A stretch of DNA of 64,000 nucleotides from an uncultured Planctomycetota bacterium (GTDB taxonomy: Bacteria > Planctomycetota > Planctomycetia > Pirellulales > Lacipirellulaceae): the NCBI GenBank assembly GCA_963719315.1, contig CAVRBU010000002.1, positions 1,888,001-1,952,000 of the forward strand, in the 5' to 3' direction. Within the stretch, counting starts at the first letter, position 1. Each line of letters opens with the position of its first letter. Positions 36,292 to 48,002 of the stretch are shown here, in pieces. The position numbers and the translations under genes are program-made. The notes beneath the pieces are model-generated. The model was given only the letters and a program-made list of their open reading frames with translations. It was not told the origin of the DNA and ran no database searches.

Positions 36292-36395
36292 TTGCACCAC
36301 GTGGGGAAGAGGGTTGTCTCTTCTCTTCGTTTCCAGTCGCAACTGACCTACAATGACCAGTGGACGCTCACGATATCTTCCGATAGGGTTTAGCC

Positions 36396-37043
36396 ATGTC
36401 GACGATCGCTCCGGCGCAAACCGGGATACCCGCAGAAGAACATCTTTTTCTGCAAGGTGTTTCGTACCCCACGTATGATGCGTTGGTCACGGAGGTTGGC
36501 GATCACCGCTCATTGCGCTTCACTTTTCATCGAAGTGAGCTAGAGATCATGTCTCCCAGCCACGATCACGAACGAACCAAAACACTGTTTGGCCGCATGA
36601 TTGAGGTGATAACCGAGGAGTTGAATCTTCCCGTGCTGAGTTGCGGTTCGACCACGTTCAAAGACGCACTACGAGAAGCCGGGCTGGAAGCGGACGAATC
36701 TTATTATATTCAGCATGAAGCCGAAGTGCGCGGTCGAAAGCTCAAACTGGGCGAAGATCCACCGCCTGATCTTGCTATCGAAATCAACGTCACGACGAGC
36801 GCGCTCGATCGACTTGCGATCTATGCAGTGCTTGGATTTCCAGAAATCTGGCAACACGTGAATGGCGAAGTCGTGATTCACCTGTTGCAGGCGACTGGCG
36901 AGTATAAAGTGGCAGCTAAAAGTGCGGCGCTGCCGACGGTCCCCGTGAAAAAGCTTGTCGAACAACTCGAGCGTTGTTATGAGACTGATGAAACGACCTG
37001 GATTCGCGCGTTTCGCCAATGGGTGCGTGGCGGTATGAACTAA
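36396..37043 (+). CDS. Uma2 family endonuclease
   Basis: LEIMSPSHDHE, GSTTF, EADESYY, PPDLAIEI, GFPEIW. Confidence 0.9.
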   Translation: MSTIAPAQTGIPAEEHLFLQGVSYPTYDALVTEVGDHRSLRFTFHRSELEIMSPSHDHERTKTLFGRMIEVITEELNLPVLSCGSTTFKDALREAGLEADESYYIQHEAEVRGRKLKLGEDPPPDLAIEINVTTSALDRLAIYAVLGFPEIWQHVNGEVVIHLLQATGEYKVAAKSAALPTVPVKKLVEQLERCYETDETTWIRAFRQWVRGGMN

Positions 37044-37064
37044 AATCCAAGATTGGACCAATTG

Positions 37065-38357
37065 ATGCGGTTAGTCAGCTACCTTTTTTTGCTCGTGACG
37101 CTGGTCCCACCCGCGGCTGCCGACGACTGGCCCCAATGGGGCGGCCCGCAGCGCGATCTCGTGTGGCGCGAAACCGGCATCGTCGAATCGTTGCCGCCCG
37201 TGGATCCGAGCACGGGCATGCTGCCACGGATGTGGACGGCAAAAATCGGCGCCGGCTATGCCGGCCCCGCCGTCGCGGATGGCCACGTCTACGTCACCGA
37301 TCGGCTCGCCGACAAGAATCTCGAACGCGTGCTGTGCTTCGATGCAAAAACCGGCAACGAACTGTGGAAGCACGAATACAATGCCCGCTATTCGATCAGC
37401 TACCCGCTCGGACCGCGAGCCACACCGACCGTCGATGGTAACCGAGTGTATACGCTGGGCGCCGTCGGCCATCTGTTCTGCTTTGAAGCCACCACAGGCA
37501 AAATCCTCTGGCAGAAACATTTGCCGACCGATTTCGACACGCAATTGCCCTCATGGGGCACCGCTGGCGCACCGCTCGTCGACGGCGAACAGCTCATCGT
37601 GCTGGCCGGCGGTAAGCCTGGCGCCTTAGTCGTCAGCCTCGACAAGAAATCAGGCGCGGAACGCTGGCGCGCACTCGACGGTAAAGAACCCGGCTACTGT
37701 GCCCCGGTAATGATGGAATTTGGCGGCCGGCGTCAACTCATTATCTGGCACCCCGAGGCCGTCGTCGGCCTCGACCCGACTGACGGAACGGTACTGTGGA
37801 AAGAACCGTTCGCGGTGCAGTCCGGTCTGACTATCCCCACGCCGTGCAAGCTTGGCGAGCAGTTGTTCATCACCAGTTTTTACAATGGCCCGCTGATGAT
37901 CGATCTCGGCGATAGTGGCGTTTCGCCCCGCGTCCTCTGGCGCTCGGCCGCCACGAATAATGAGCAGCACAACGACAGTCTGCACGCCATCATGTGTACG
38001 CCCATCGTGACCGACGACTGCATTTACGGCGTCGGCAGCTACGGCGAACTGCGCTGCTTCGACACCAAAACCGGCCAGATGTTGTGGGAAACGAAAGACG
38101 CCACCGGTCCCGGCCGCTGGTGGAATGCGTTCCTCGTGCCGCACGGCGACCGCGTCGTCATCTGCAATGAGCAAGGCGAACTCATCTTCGCCAAACTATC
38201 GCGCGAAGGTTACCAGGAACTAAGTCGCGCGAAATTCATCGAGCCCACGCAGCCGATCATGCGCCGCATGACCGTCTGGTCTCATCCGGCGTTCGCCATG
38301 CAAAGCGTCTTCGCCCGCAACGACGGCGAGTTAGTTCGCGTGAATTTGTCCAAATAA
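37065..38357 (+). CDS. PQQ-like beta-propeller repeat protein
   Basis: Signal peptide, DDWPQWGGPQRD, repeated CFDAKTG..W motifs, WSHPAFA. Confidence 0.9.
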   Translation: MRLVSYLFLLVTLVPPAAADDWPQWGGPQRDLVWRETGIVESLPPVDPSTGMLPRMWTAKIGAGYAGPAVADGHVYVTDRLADKNLERVLCFDAKTGNELWKHEYNARYSISYPLGPRATPTVDGNRVYTLGAVGHLFCFEATTGKILWQKHLPTDFDTQLPSWGTAGAPLVDGEQLIVLAGGKPGALVVSLDKKSGAERWRALDGKEPGYCAPVMMEFGGRRQLIIWHPEAVVGLDPTDGTVLWKEPFAVQSGLTIPTPCKLGEQLFITSFYNGPLMIDLGDSGVSPRVLWRSAATNNEQHNDSLHAIMCTPIVTDDCIYGVGSYGELRCFDTKTGQMLWETKDATGPGRWWNAFLVPHGDRVVICNEQGELIFAKLSREGYQELSRAKFIEPTQPIMRRMTVWSHPAFAMQSVFARNDGELVRVNLSK

Positions 38358-38462
38358 CTCTTCAGCGTGAGCCCCCGATTTCCGCTGTATGAAGAACCAC
38401 GAATACCGATTAAGCCGATCTCGTTTCCGAGAACAATAACAACCAACCCTGGTGAGAAACAA

Positions 38463-38954
38463 ATGAACGCCAAAGACGCCATTCGCACCACGCTCACGAC
38501 CGCCGACTTCCTAGTCCAGAGCTACCTTACGGACATCACGCAGCAGGAACTTTTGACTCGAACAGTCCCGGATGCGAACCACCTCGCTTGGCAGCTTGGC
38601 CACCTGATCTCCGCCGAGTGCCGCCTCGTCGAAGCCGCCGCGCCGGGAACTATGCCGGCACTGCCGAGTGGCTTCGCGGAACGCCACACCAAGGATACGG
38701 CGGCCAGCGACAACCCGAGCGACTTCCTTACCAAAGACGAATACCTGAATCTCGCCAAGACCGTGCGAGCCGGCACAATAAAATCGCTCGACAGTTTTAG
38801 CGAAGCCGACCTCGACAAGCCGGTCACGGCCCGCGTCCCGCCGTTCGTGAAGTGTGCCGGCGATTGCTTCGTAACCGCCGGTGGCCATTGGATCATGCAC
38901 AGCGGCCAATGGGTCGTCTTACGCCGCAAGCTAGGTCGCCCGCGCCAATTCTGA
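38463..38954 (+). CDS. DinB family protein
   Basis: NHLAWQLGHL and HWIMHSGQ His motifs. Confidence 0.85.
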   Translation: MNAKDAIRTTLTTADFLVQSYLTDITQQELLTRTVPDANHLAWQLGHLISAECRLVEAAAPGTMPALPSGFAERHTKDTAASDNPSDFLTKDEYLNLAKTVRAGTIKSLDSFSEADLDKPVTARVPPFVKCAGDCFVTAGGHWIMHSGQWVVLRRKLGRPRQF

Positions 38955-39219
38955 TCCGGTAGAGACAAGGCCTGATGGCAGCTCTTCAAAACGGCCCAGC
39001 CTGGCCTTTGCATTCGTGCCAGTTCAGCGGTGCTACGCGTCTTAGGGGCGTAACTGACCCGCTTGCCTCGACCGAGAAAGCACCGCGGACAGAACACGAT
39101 ATCGCACTCACAGAGGTTTCCCGCAAGAAATCTTGAATTGGCAACCCCTTCTTTGAACTTTTCGCCCCGCAGCGCAACTTTATCACAGTAGTACGAGAAA
39201 CGACCCGCTGGGAGCCGGT

Positions 39220-39795
39220 ATGAGCGACGAGGCCGAGCGGCTATATGAGCGTCTGCTAGTCCTACGCTGCCAGACCGGTGATGAAGCTGCATACCGCGAG
39301 CTCGTGGCCCGCTTCGGACCCCGGCTGCATTACTTTTTGCTCAAGCTTTCGGCACGACCGGATCGGGCTGAGGATCTCGCGCAAGAAACCTGGCTGGATG
39401 TGCTCCGCCAGTTGCCGCGGCTGAAAGATGCAGGCGCTTTCACAACGTGGTTGTATCGCATTGCGCATGGCAAAGCGATGCTCGATGCTCGCCGCAGGTG
39501 CCGCGATCCGGAAGCGACGGTCGATGTCGAAATCCTTGTTGATCAAGAAGAAGATTCAATATTCTCGCCCGATCAGGCGGCGGAAATTCACGCGGCGCTC
39601 GATCGATTGGATCCAAGTCAACGCGAGGTGCTCGTCCTCCGATTCCTGGAAGAAATGAGTTACGAAGAAATTGGGAAAGTCGTCGACTGCCCTGTCGGCA
39701 CCGTCCGCTCGCGAATTCACTATGCCAAAGCCGCTCTGCGGCGGCTGCTAAATACCGACCGCGATAAACGACTACCAATCAACGAAGAGGAGTAA
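39220..39795 (+). CDS. ECF RNA polymerase sigma factor
   Basis: AEDLAQETWL, FTTWLYRIA, SYEEIG..GTVRSRIHYAK. Confidence 0.92.
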   Translation: MSDEAERLYERLLVLRCQTGDEAAYRELVARFGPRLHYFLLKLSARPDRAEDLAQETWLDVLRQLPRLKDAGAFTTWLYRIAHGKAMLDARRRCRDPEATVDVEILVDQEEDSIFSPDQAAEIHAALDRLDPSQREVLVLRFLEEMSYEEIGKVVDCPVGTVRSRIHYAKAALRRLLNTDRDKRLPINEEE

Positions 39796-39800
39796 TCGAT

Positions 39801-40331
39801 ATGTTGGATAAGAACGTCGGCGACGCGCTGCTAAAACTGGACTTATCGCCATCCACCGATCCCCCATTCGATCAAATGGAACGGATCATCGATATCGATC
39901 GGCGGCATGTGAAACGCTGGACGCGCATCGCGATCGCGTTGTGGATACTGGCAGCCCTCGGAGCCGTTTTTATTTTCGTGATGGGAGGTCTGGCGTTTCC
40001 CGCAATCGCCAAAATGATCATGGACGAAAACCAGGCCATAGCCGCCGCGGGAGATGCCGCCGCGGCGGCCGATCGCGGCGACGACGCGAAACCGCCACGC
40101 GGCACGCTCGAAGAACCGGACACGCCGTTTCTAATGCTCGCCAAGTTGACCGCCATGTGCATGGTGTTCGGCACCGCATCGTTCATGGTCTTGGTCTTCG
40201 CCGGCCTGGCTACCGTCCTGCTGCTACTCCGCTCGCGCAGTGCAACGCTTCGCCAAATCAACGCCAATCTTCTTCAAATCTCCAAGCAACTCAAGCAGGC
40301 GCCGCCAAGCGCTCCGGCAAGTAACCCGTAA
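39801..40331 (+). CDS. Two-TM membrane protein, probable anti-sigma factor
   Basis: 5 nt downstream of the ECF gene, SD gaggag, two hydrophobic helices. Confidence 0.7.
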   Translation: MLDKNVGDALLKLDLSPSTDPPFDQMERIIDIDRRHVKRWTRIAIALWILAALGAVFIFVMGGLAFPAIAKMIMDENQAIAAAGDAAAAADRGDDAKPPRGTLEEPDTPFLMLAKLTAMCMVFGTASFMVLVFAGLATVLLLLRSRSATLRQINANLLQISKQLKQAPPSAPASNP

Positions 40332-40363
40332 ACAAAAAAAGCCCCGGCGACACGCACGAGGCT
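40331..40363 (-). terminator. Rho-independent terminator of fusA
   Basis: Minus strand agcctcg..cggggct followed by ttttttgttt. Confidence 0.55.
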
Positions 40364-40398
40364 AATCATTGTCTGGCTAACAGCCAACAGCTTCCCAG

Positions 40399-42494
40399 TT
40401 ATGCCGGCTGCAACTCCGCCTTGCGATCCGCAATGACTTCCGTCTGAATGTTCATCGGCACCGGGCGATACTTCGCCAGCTCCATCGTGAACGTGCCCTG
40501 CCCTTGCGTCATCGAACGCAGATCGGTCGAGTAGCCGAACGTCTCGGCCAGCGGCACCTCGGCAATGATCTTCGTTATGCCGTTGAGCATGTCGGTCGAC
40601 ATCACGATCCCACGGCGAGCCGAAATGTTGCCCACCACGGAGCCCTGAAAATTCTCCGGCACCTCCAGTTCCATCAGCATGATCGGCTCCAGCAGCGCCG
40701 GTTTCATCTTCGGGAAAGTCTCGCGGAAGCAATTTTGGGCGCACACCATAAACGCCATATCCGAGCTATCGACTTCGTGGTGCTTGCCATCGGTCAACTC
40801 GATCTTCATGCCGACGACCGGGAAGCCCGCGACCGGCCCCTTGGCCAACATGTTGCGGAAGCCCTTCTCGATTGCCGGGATGAAATTCTTCGGAATGCGA
40901 CCGCCCACCACTTTGTCCACGAACATCAGTTCGCCTTCGGTCTCAGCCGCCTCTTCGTCCGTCATCGGGGCCATCGTGCCGACGATGTGGGCGTATTGGC
41001 CGGAACCGCCGGTCTGCTTCTTGTGCGTGAAGTCGTACGACGCCGGCTTCGAGGCACTCTCGCGGTAGCTTACCTTCGGCGGCCCGACTTCAACGTCCAC
41101 CTTATACTCGCGCCGAATCCGCTCGACGTAAATCTCCAGGTGCAACTCGCCCATGCCGGCGATCACCGTCTCACTCGTTTCCTCGTCCGTCATCACCTGG
41201 AACGTCGGATCCTCCTTGCGGAACCGTTGCAACGCCTTCGACAGCCGATCGGCGTTGTCGCGCGAAATCGGTGCAATCGACATCTTGATCACCGGCTTGG
41301 CGACGAAAATATTCTCCAGCGTGCAATACTTCGGCTCGCTGCAGTAGGTGTCGCCGCTCGCGCAGTCGATGCCCATGATGGCCACGATATCGCCGGCCTC
41401 GGCCGTGTCGATTTCCTCCCGCTTGTCGGCGTGCATCTTCACGATCCGGCTGAAGCGGTCCTTCTTGCCGGTGCGTTGATTGAAGTAGCTGCCGCCCTTC
41501 TCGACTTTGCCCTGGTAAATTCGCGTGAACGTGAGCTGCCCGAATTCGTCTTCGACGATCTTGAATGCCATGCCTACAAACGGTTTGGCAGAATCGGGCG
41601 ACAATTCCACCACCTTGTCCTGGTCGGTCGGGTCTTTGCCCTTGCTCGGCGAATCCAGTGGCGTCGGCAAATAGCGGACGATCGCGTCCAGCAGCGGCTG
41701 CACGCCCTTGTTCCGGTATGCAGTGCCCAAATACACGGGCGTGAATTCCTGCTCGATGACCGCCGTGCGCACCAGATCGTGAATGATGTCTTCGCTGATC
41801 TCCTCTTCGCTCAATAGCATTTCCATCAGCTTGTCGCTGTACATCGAGAGTGATTCGAGCATGTGGTGCCTGGCCGCCTCGGCCTCTTTTTTCTGCCCCG
41901 CCGGAATGGCTTCCTCGCGAACTTTTTCGCCGTTCGCGCCATCGAAATAAAGGGCCTTCATTGTCACAAGGTCAATCACGCCCTCGAACTTGTCTTCTTT
42001 GCCCACCGGGATCTGCATCAGCACGGCGTCGCAGCCCAGCTTCTCCTTTAACTGCTTGACGACCGAATTCTCGTTTGCGCCGTGCGGTCCATCTTGTTGA
42101 TGAACGCCAACCGCGGCACGTGATACCGCTTCATCTGCCGGTCGACCGTAATCGACTGCGACTGCACGCCGCCGACCGCGCACAATACCAAGATCGCTCC
42201 ATCCAGTACGCGCAAGCTCCGCTCGACCTCGACCGTGAAGTCCACGTGCCCCGGCGTGTCGATGAGATTGATCGTGTGATCCTGCCACTTGAGCGTCGTG
42301 GCGGCGCTGGTAATCGTGATCCCGCGCTCTTTTTCCAGCTCCATGTAATCCATGGTTGCGCCGTCGCCGCCGCCGCGCACATCCTCGATCTTGTGGATGC
42401 GTCCCGCGTAGTACAGAATCCGCTCGCTCAGGGTCGTCTTGCCCGAGTCGATGTGCGCCGAAATACCGATGTTACGAAGCTTTTTGAGGTCCAT
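40399..42494 (-). CDS. fusA: Elongation factor G (one frameshift near 42082)
   Basis: [48 protein letters not shown]; one added base restores DRTGAN. Confidence 0.95.
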
Positions 42495-42951
42495 GGATAC
42501 TGTCTCTAACTAAAAACAAACTGCCCGTTCGTCACAGGAAACACCCGTTACGATTTGTCGCGGGTGTGGAGCGGGCGAAAAAATCCATCGCGAACCACGC
42601 GCCGAAGGTCGCCGCGGCGACCGGCCAAAATACCGCTGGCCCAAGTTACAGCACGTAATCCATCGGATGGATCTCCAATAAATCGATATCGCCCGTACGT
42701 CAGGCTTGAGCCTGACGAGAACCGGTCCGCCGACCGGTGGCAGGCGGCCCTGAAAGCAATGGGAGAACTATGTATAGTAATAAATTTGGACGGCTAGGCC
42801 AGAGCAATTTCGTTAATTTCCGGCGTGGTTTCGCCCGGCATTGCCCGAACTCGGGTCGAAAACGCCCGATTTAGGGTGATTCCCACCGTTCCGGAACCCG
42901 GCCGAGCACCTCTTCAGATTCGGACACTTTCACCTCAAACGAGATGACTAC

Positions 42952-43762
42952 GTGGACCAAAACGCTTCAAATCAGCCGCCCGTCCTCCATCCTCGATCGC
43001 CCCTCTTGCGATATCCGTGGCTCACGTTTCTGCTCCCCTTCGTCGTCTACATGCTGGTTGGCTCGTTCGAGCCAGCGCCACCCAAGCCGCCCATTCCTCT
43101 CCCCGATGGCACGTCCCGACCCGCCATCAGCCATAACTGGTTCGGCCTGGAGTACCGCCAATACCCGCTCGTCTACACTGCCAAGATCGCGCTCACGATC
43201 GCGGCGATGCTCTTCGTCCTCCCCGGCTACCGGCAGTTCCCGATTCGCATTTCGTTGCTCGCACTCGTCGTCGGCGTCGTGGGCGTAGTCCTCTGGATCG
43301 GCCTCTGCCACCTACAACTGGAACGCAAAACGCTCGAGCCGCTTGGCCTGGCCAAGCTCTTGGGCCTCGGTGAACGGCCCGCATTTAATCCACTTGCCGA
43401 ACTCGCCGATACGCCGGCATGGGCTTACACTTTTTTGGCCATCCGTTTCGTAGGCCTCGCGCTCATTGTCCCCGTCATCGAAGAGTTCTTCCTCCGCGGG
43501 TTCTTAATGCGCTACGTCGTGAACGAAAACTTCACAGAACGTCCCGTTCGGCCAACTGACGCCCCTCGCGGCCATCGTCGGCACTGCCGTCCCGATGCTG
43601 ATGCACCCCGCCGAACTGCTGGCCGCCCTGGTCTGGTTCGGCCTCATTACCTGGCTCATGACCCGCACCCGCAACATCTGGGACTGCGTCGCCGCCCACG
43701 CCGTTACAAACTTGCTGCTCGGCATCTACGTCGTCACTCAACACCAATGGCAGTTGTGGTAG
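42952..43762 (+). CDS. CAAX prenyl protease-related (CPBP) membrane protein (frameshift near 43537)
   Basis: VPVIEEFFLRGFL; alternate frame continues PFGQLT..MLMHPAE..CVAAHAVTNLLLG..WQLW*. Confidence 0.85.
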
Positions 43763-44026
43763 ACGCTGAGTCGACCTGGTGGGTGGCATGCTCTCCCGCC
43801 GCGGCGGGTGAGTATATCTCGGGCGGAATCATGCCTACGGTGCAGCGCGGCGAAGGCATCCCACCCATCATTTCACTCGCGACTGACCACAATTGCAGTG
43901 TTGGATCGCATCCGATGAGTCCTGCCTTCCCAGCCCACAATCTTGCCAAATGTTGTATGATTTCCTAGCGCAAGAAAGAATCTTCTTGCTCCCTGCTCCC
44001 CACTCCCCATTCCCTGCGTCTTCCGC

Positions 44027-44638
44027 ATGTCCGATCTCCAAACCATCCTCAGCGACTTCGTGCTCCTATGGGCCGTGATCGACCCGATCGGCACGATCCC
44101 TGTCTTCATCGCCGCTACCCGCCAGCACGCCGACGCCGACCGCCGTCGCATCGCATTCCGCGCCGCCGCGGTCGCGGCCGGAATCCTGCTGTTCTTTATC
44201 GTTGCCGGCGAGCCAATTCTGGGGGCGATGGGCGTGCCAGTCTTGGCGTTCCAAATCGCCGGCGGCATCGTCCTATTCCTGTTCGCCCTGACGATGATCT
44301 TTGGCGAGAGCAAACCGCAGGCCGAGGAGCACGACATCCGCGGATCGCAAAACGTCGCCATCTTCCCACTCGCCACGCCGTCGATCGCCTCGCCCGGCGC
44401 GATGATGGCCGTCGTGCTCTTGACGCAGAACGACCTCCACACGGTTAACGAACAGATCGTCACCGCCGTGTTGATGCTGGTCGTCGTCGGTGCCGCTTAT
44501 GTCTTGATGCGCTGCGCCGGCCCGATCTTGCGCCTGATCGGCGAAGGCGGCGCGAACATCGTCAGCCGCGTGATGGGCATGATCCTGGCCTCCGTCGCCG
44601 CCACGCAAGTGCTGGAAGGCATCAAGCAATACTTCTAG
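44027..44638 (+). CDS. MarC family membrane protein
   Basis: IDPIGTIPVF, FQIAGGIVLF, IFPLATPSIASPGA, SRVMGMILAS. Confidence 0.92.
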   Translation: MSDLQTILSDFVLLWAVIDPIGTIPVFIAATRQHADADRRRIAFRAAAVAAGILLFFIVAGEPILGAMGVPVLAFQIAGGIVLFLFALTMIFGESKPQAEEHDIRGSQNVAIFPLATPSIASPGAMMAVVLLTQNDLHTVNEQIVTAVLMLVVVGAAYVLMRCAGPILRLIGEGGANIVSRVMGMILASVAATQVLEGIKQYF

Positions 44639-44681
44639 ACAAAAGGGACGCAGCAGAACGCATCTCTTATTGCTTTCCGAA

Positions 44682-44775
44682 ACGCGGTTGAGGAAAACGC
44701 TGACGGCGTTCTCGTATGATTCTAGCAGGTCGAACACCGGTCGCACGTCGCCACCCCGTTCGGCGCCTGCTTCTG
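44682..44775 (-). pseudogene. Decayed fragment of fkbM-like sequence containing a 29-bp direct repeat
   Basis: 44724-44752 is identical to 54953-54981; translation EAGAERGGDVRPVFDLLES..SVFLNRV aligns without gaps to EARHRPDGDVRPVFDLLRS..SFFTKRV. Confidence 0.7.
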
Positions 44776-45205
44776 GAGATTTCGAACTACGAAGCGATCT
44801 GACCTCGTATCGTCATCCCGCAGTGGCCGAGCGGGTAGGCAAGAAAAGTAACTCCCAGATCACTCGAACCCGAAGCGGCCTTATGGATTACGAAACTTCC
44901 TTTATGAACTGTAAAATCAGCCTTTTGGCGAGCAGGAAACTAGTTCGAGAATGGCCCGTCTAAACTCGGTCTCCTGGCGAAACCAATCGAAGTTAAATCA
45001 ACAAGGGGTCGGTTATTGGCGATTTCACGACGACTTGAGTTTCGACACGTATTAGAGCACGTCTAAGTTGCCATGATAACACTCAGCCGACTACGACAGA
45101 CACGAGGCCAAAGCTGATACAATCCTAGGTGGCGGGTCTTCCACTCACAGATTCGCGGCCAATTGTAGTCTGCCGTGCTGCGGACCAGCGGTTCACGCGG
45201 CGATA

Positions 45206-47716
45206 TCATGCGAACAGTTCGTCAAGCACTTCACGGAGCCGTCGGCCGCTCAGGAACAGATTTAGGTCGTCGAAGCCCTCAAACAATTCGTCGGAAATCG
45301 TTTCGCCCGTCAACGACGCCGAATAGGTTTGGTGCGTGGAGTCAAGCACGCCATCCTCGTCCATGTCGTCCATCAGAAGCTGTTCGTAGACTGCTCTTAG
45401 GTTTGTTTCGTCCTCCCGGAAGTGGAGGATCATGTCGAGGTCACCATCGCCGTCAACGTCTTCCAGTGCGAATTGCACCGCGCTGGCTCCAGCGAACAGC
45501 ACCGTGCTGGCGTCGACTTGGGCGGCGTCGAAATCGTTGGTCGTGAAGATCGCCACGGCAATCATGCCGTTCCCGTTGTTCAAATTGATGGGGTTCTCGT
45601 CGCTGCCGGGCTTCACATCAATCACCACACCGATCGGCGCCACTTCGACACCGTGGACGGTCACGTTTACCGTGGCCGAGGACGTGGCTCCCTGACTGTC
45701 GACCATGGTGTACGTGAAGCTGTCATTAGCGGTATCGCCGAGCGGCACCGCGTCAAATTGCCCGTTAGGGTCGTAGCTGAAGCTGCCGTCCGCGTTGAGC
45801 GTCACCAGGGCGCCGGAGGCGAGCGTAACCTGGCTCCCCACGTCGGCCGCCACGCCGTTCACTTCGGAGACGGTTTTCGTGTCGCCTTCGTCAACGTCGC
45901 TGTCGTTGGCCAGCACTCCGTCGGCGCTCACCGTGAGGAGCGCGTCCGCGTTCGTCTCGCCCGAATCATCGACGGCCACCGGCGCATCGTTGACGCCTTC
46001 GACCGTGATCGTCACGGTGGCGGAGTCGCTGGCACCGGCACCGTCCTCCATCGTGTACTCGAAGCTGTCGGTCGCACTGGTGCCGACCTGCAAGTGCTCG
46101 AACTGGCCGTTGGGGTCGTAGACATAGCTGCCAGTCGACTGTAGAGTCAGCAGGGCACCGGAGGGAAGCGCGACCTGATGACCAACGTCGCCGGCCACAC
46201 CATTGACCGCGGTGACGGTTTTAGTGTCACCGGCGTCAATATCAGTATCGTTGGTGAGCACGCGCCTGCCGGTAGTCGATGCAAAAAGAATAGTATCCTC
46301 ATCGGTTGCATCGGTGTCATCGACTGCAGTAGGGGCGTCGTTCACACCGTTAACGACCACGAACGCGGCGGCCGCGTCAGAGGCGCCGAGGCTGTCAATC
46401 ATCGTGTACGTGAAGCTGTCAGTGTGGCTCGCGCCGACACTGAGCGAATCGAATTGGCCATTTGGGTCATAGGTGAAGCTGCCGTCGGCGTTGACGGTCA
46501 GCAAGGCGCCGGATGATAGAGTGATCTGCGCCCCCACATTTGCCGCCTGTCCGTTCACCTCGGCAACTGTCAAAGGCACACCCCCGCCCGTGTCATTTGC
46601 CAGGAGGCCTGCTTCCGCACTCACCGCCAGCAGGGTTTCCTCATTCGTCTCCACCACATCGTCCACGGCCATCGGTGGCTCAGGTTCCCCCGTGTCGGGG
46701 AGCATCGCAATCCAGGCGAGATCAGTGGTATTGCCGTCCGAGTCAATGTGGGTGCCGTTTCCAACGATGAATCGTCCATCTGTGGAGATTGCAGTCGCCT
46801 CATCCAAATCCCAGCCGGTCAAATCGACGCCGGCGTCCGCGAGCACGATTTCCAGATTCCGCATTCCGTTCGCGCTGTCCCAGATGAAAGCTTCTCTAAA
46901 TTCTCCTCCACGACCGAATCCGGCGCCGCCGACGATGATCGAACCGTCTCCAGTAACGTCAAACGCCTCGGTCGTCTCGCCTTCTAGAAATCCCAATCCA
47001 ACCATGCCCCCTGCTTCCCAACGAAACGCTTCCTGTTCAAAAGCACTCCCATAGTTTCCTACTCCAACGACGACGGATCCATCGGCCGAAGTAGCAACCG
47101 CTCGACTGCTGAAATAACCAGATGAGTCGGGCAGATCGCCCAAGCCGACCATGCCTGTGGGACTCGTCCAACGAAACGCCTCATCATTTCCGGCTGGCGT
47201 AGTTGCAGATCCCACCACGACGAGACCATCGGCAGATACTCCCGACGCACCGTCAGAAGAGGCGATACCCCCGCCAAGCGTTCCAAGCGTGACCAACACT
47301 GGGGTTCCGGTAGGCCAAAGATATGCTTCAGTCGATTTTGGCGTTTTTGAAGCTGCACCAACTACGACAGACCCGTCAACTGAGACATCGGACGCGGAAC
47401 GTGCGCCCGCAGGAAGCATAGAAATCCCACTTGCCGCGGTCCAGTAAAACGCGCTGGTACCCACGACGACAGTTCCGTCTGCTGTCACGGCGTTTGCCAC
47501 CGAATTGCTAACTCCGCCGAGTCCCACGGCGCCCGTAGCGGCTGTCCAAAGTGCGGCCTGGCTGATGGAGCCAATGCTTCCTTGCCCTACGACGACCGTT
47601 CCATCGGCCGACACATCGTTGGCAACTAAAAAGTCCGCTCCCAGCCCCTGCAGACTAGCCGTGAGGACGAGCCGTTTTTCGAGCTGTTCGACCGCAAGTT
47701 TTCGACAGGCGAGCAT
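45206..47716 (-). CDS. Large extracellular protein: HAF-like repeats plus three cadherin/Ig-like (VCBS-type) repeats
   Basis: EQLEKRLVLT leader; repeated VSADGxVVVG; three repeats with NDTD..GSFTYDPNGQF..DSFTYTM; C-terminal IDVKPGSDENPIN; SD gaggtg. Confidence 0.85.
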   Translation of the reverse strand: MLACRKLAVEQLEKRLVLTASLQGLGADFLVANDVSADGTVVVGQGSIGSISQAALWTAATGAVGLGGVSNSVANAVTADGTVVVGTSAFYWTAASGISMLPAGARSASDVSVDGSVVVGAASKTPKSTEAYLWPTGTPVLVTLGTLGGGIASSDGASGVSADGLVVVGSATTPAGNDEAFRWTSPTGMVGLGDLPDSSGYFSSRAVATSADGSVVVGVGNYGSAFEQEAFRWEAGGMVGLGFLEGETTEAFDVTGDGSIIVGGAGFGRGGEFREAFIWDSANGMRNLEIVLADAGVDLTGWDLDEATAISTDGRFIVGNGTHIDSDGNTTDLAWIAMLPDTGEPEPPMAVDDVVETNEETLLAVSAEAGLLANDTGGGVPLTVAEVNGQAANVGAQITLSSGALLTVNADGSFTYDPNGQFDSLSVGASHTDSFTYTMIDSLGASDAAAAFVVVNGVNDAPTAVDDTDATDEDTILFASTTGRRVLTNDTDIDAGDTKTVTAVNGVAGDVGHQVALPSGALLTLQSTGSYVYDPNGQFEHLQVGTSATDSFEYTMEDGAGASDSATVTITVEGVNDAPVAVDDSGETNADALLTVSADGVLANDSDVDEGDTKTVSEVNGVAADVGSQVTLASGALVTLNADGSFSYDPNGQFDAVPLGDTANDSFTYTMVDSQGATSSATVNVTVHGVEVAPIGVVIDVKPGSDENPINLNNGNGMIAVAIFTTNDFDAAQVDASTVLFAGASAVQFALEDVDGDGDLDMILHFREDETNLRAVYEQLLMDDMDEDGVLDSTHQTYSASLTGETISDELFEGFDDLNLFLSGRRLREVLDELFA

Positions 47717-48002
47717 GATCGCACCTCGTTTGATTGATAATCTGCGAAGATCAACTGGCCGGCCTGAGGTCGGCAAGTCGCCACCCCGATGGAACCGCTG
47801 ACCGGGATCCTGCACGCCGAAGAACCTGGAATTCCCAGGCCACTTATCGGCCCGGAGCGGAAAAAAACCGGAATTTCTCGCCCGGCCGCAGGCTGCATCC
47901 ACCGGTGGTATCCCCTATATTGGATATCAGCGAACTAAGCTGGAGGCGGCCAAGCCGTCGCCGAAATTCTTCGAAATCTTCTCGTCGGCTGAGATTCGCG
48001 AT

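Noticed and set aside
39155..39182. ECF autoregulatory promoter (GAACTT box)
   Set aside because: The -35 is plausible but no clear -10 at canonical spacing; too weak to call
42060..42100. Programmed frameshift in fusA
   Set aside because: No slippery heptamer; the same single-base pattern occurs in many unrelated genes in this window
44858..44880. tRNA 3' fragment as an att site (ctcgaaccc)
   Set aside because: Only a T-loop-like 9-mer; no acceptor stem, CCA or cloverleaf
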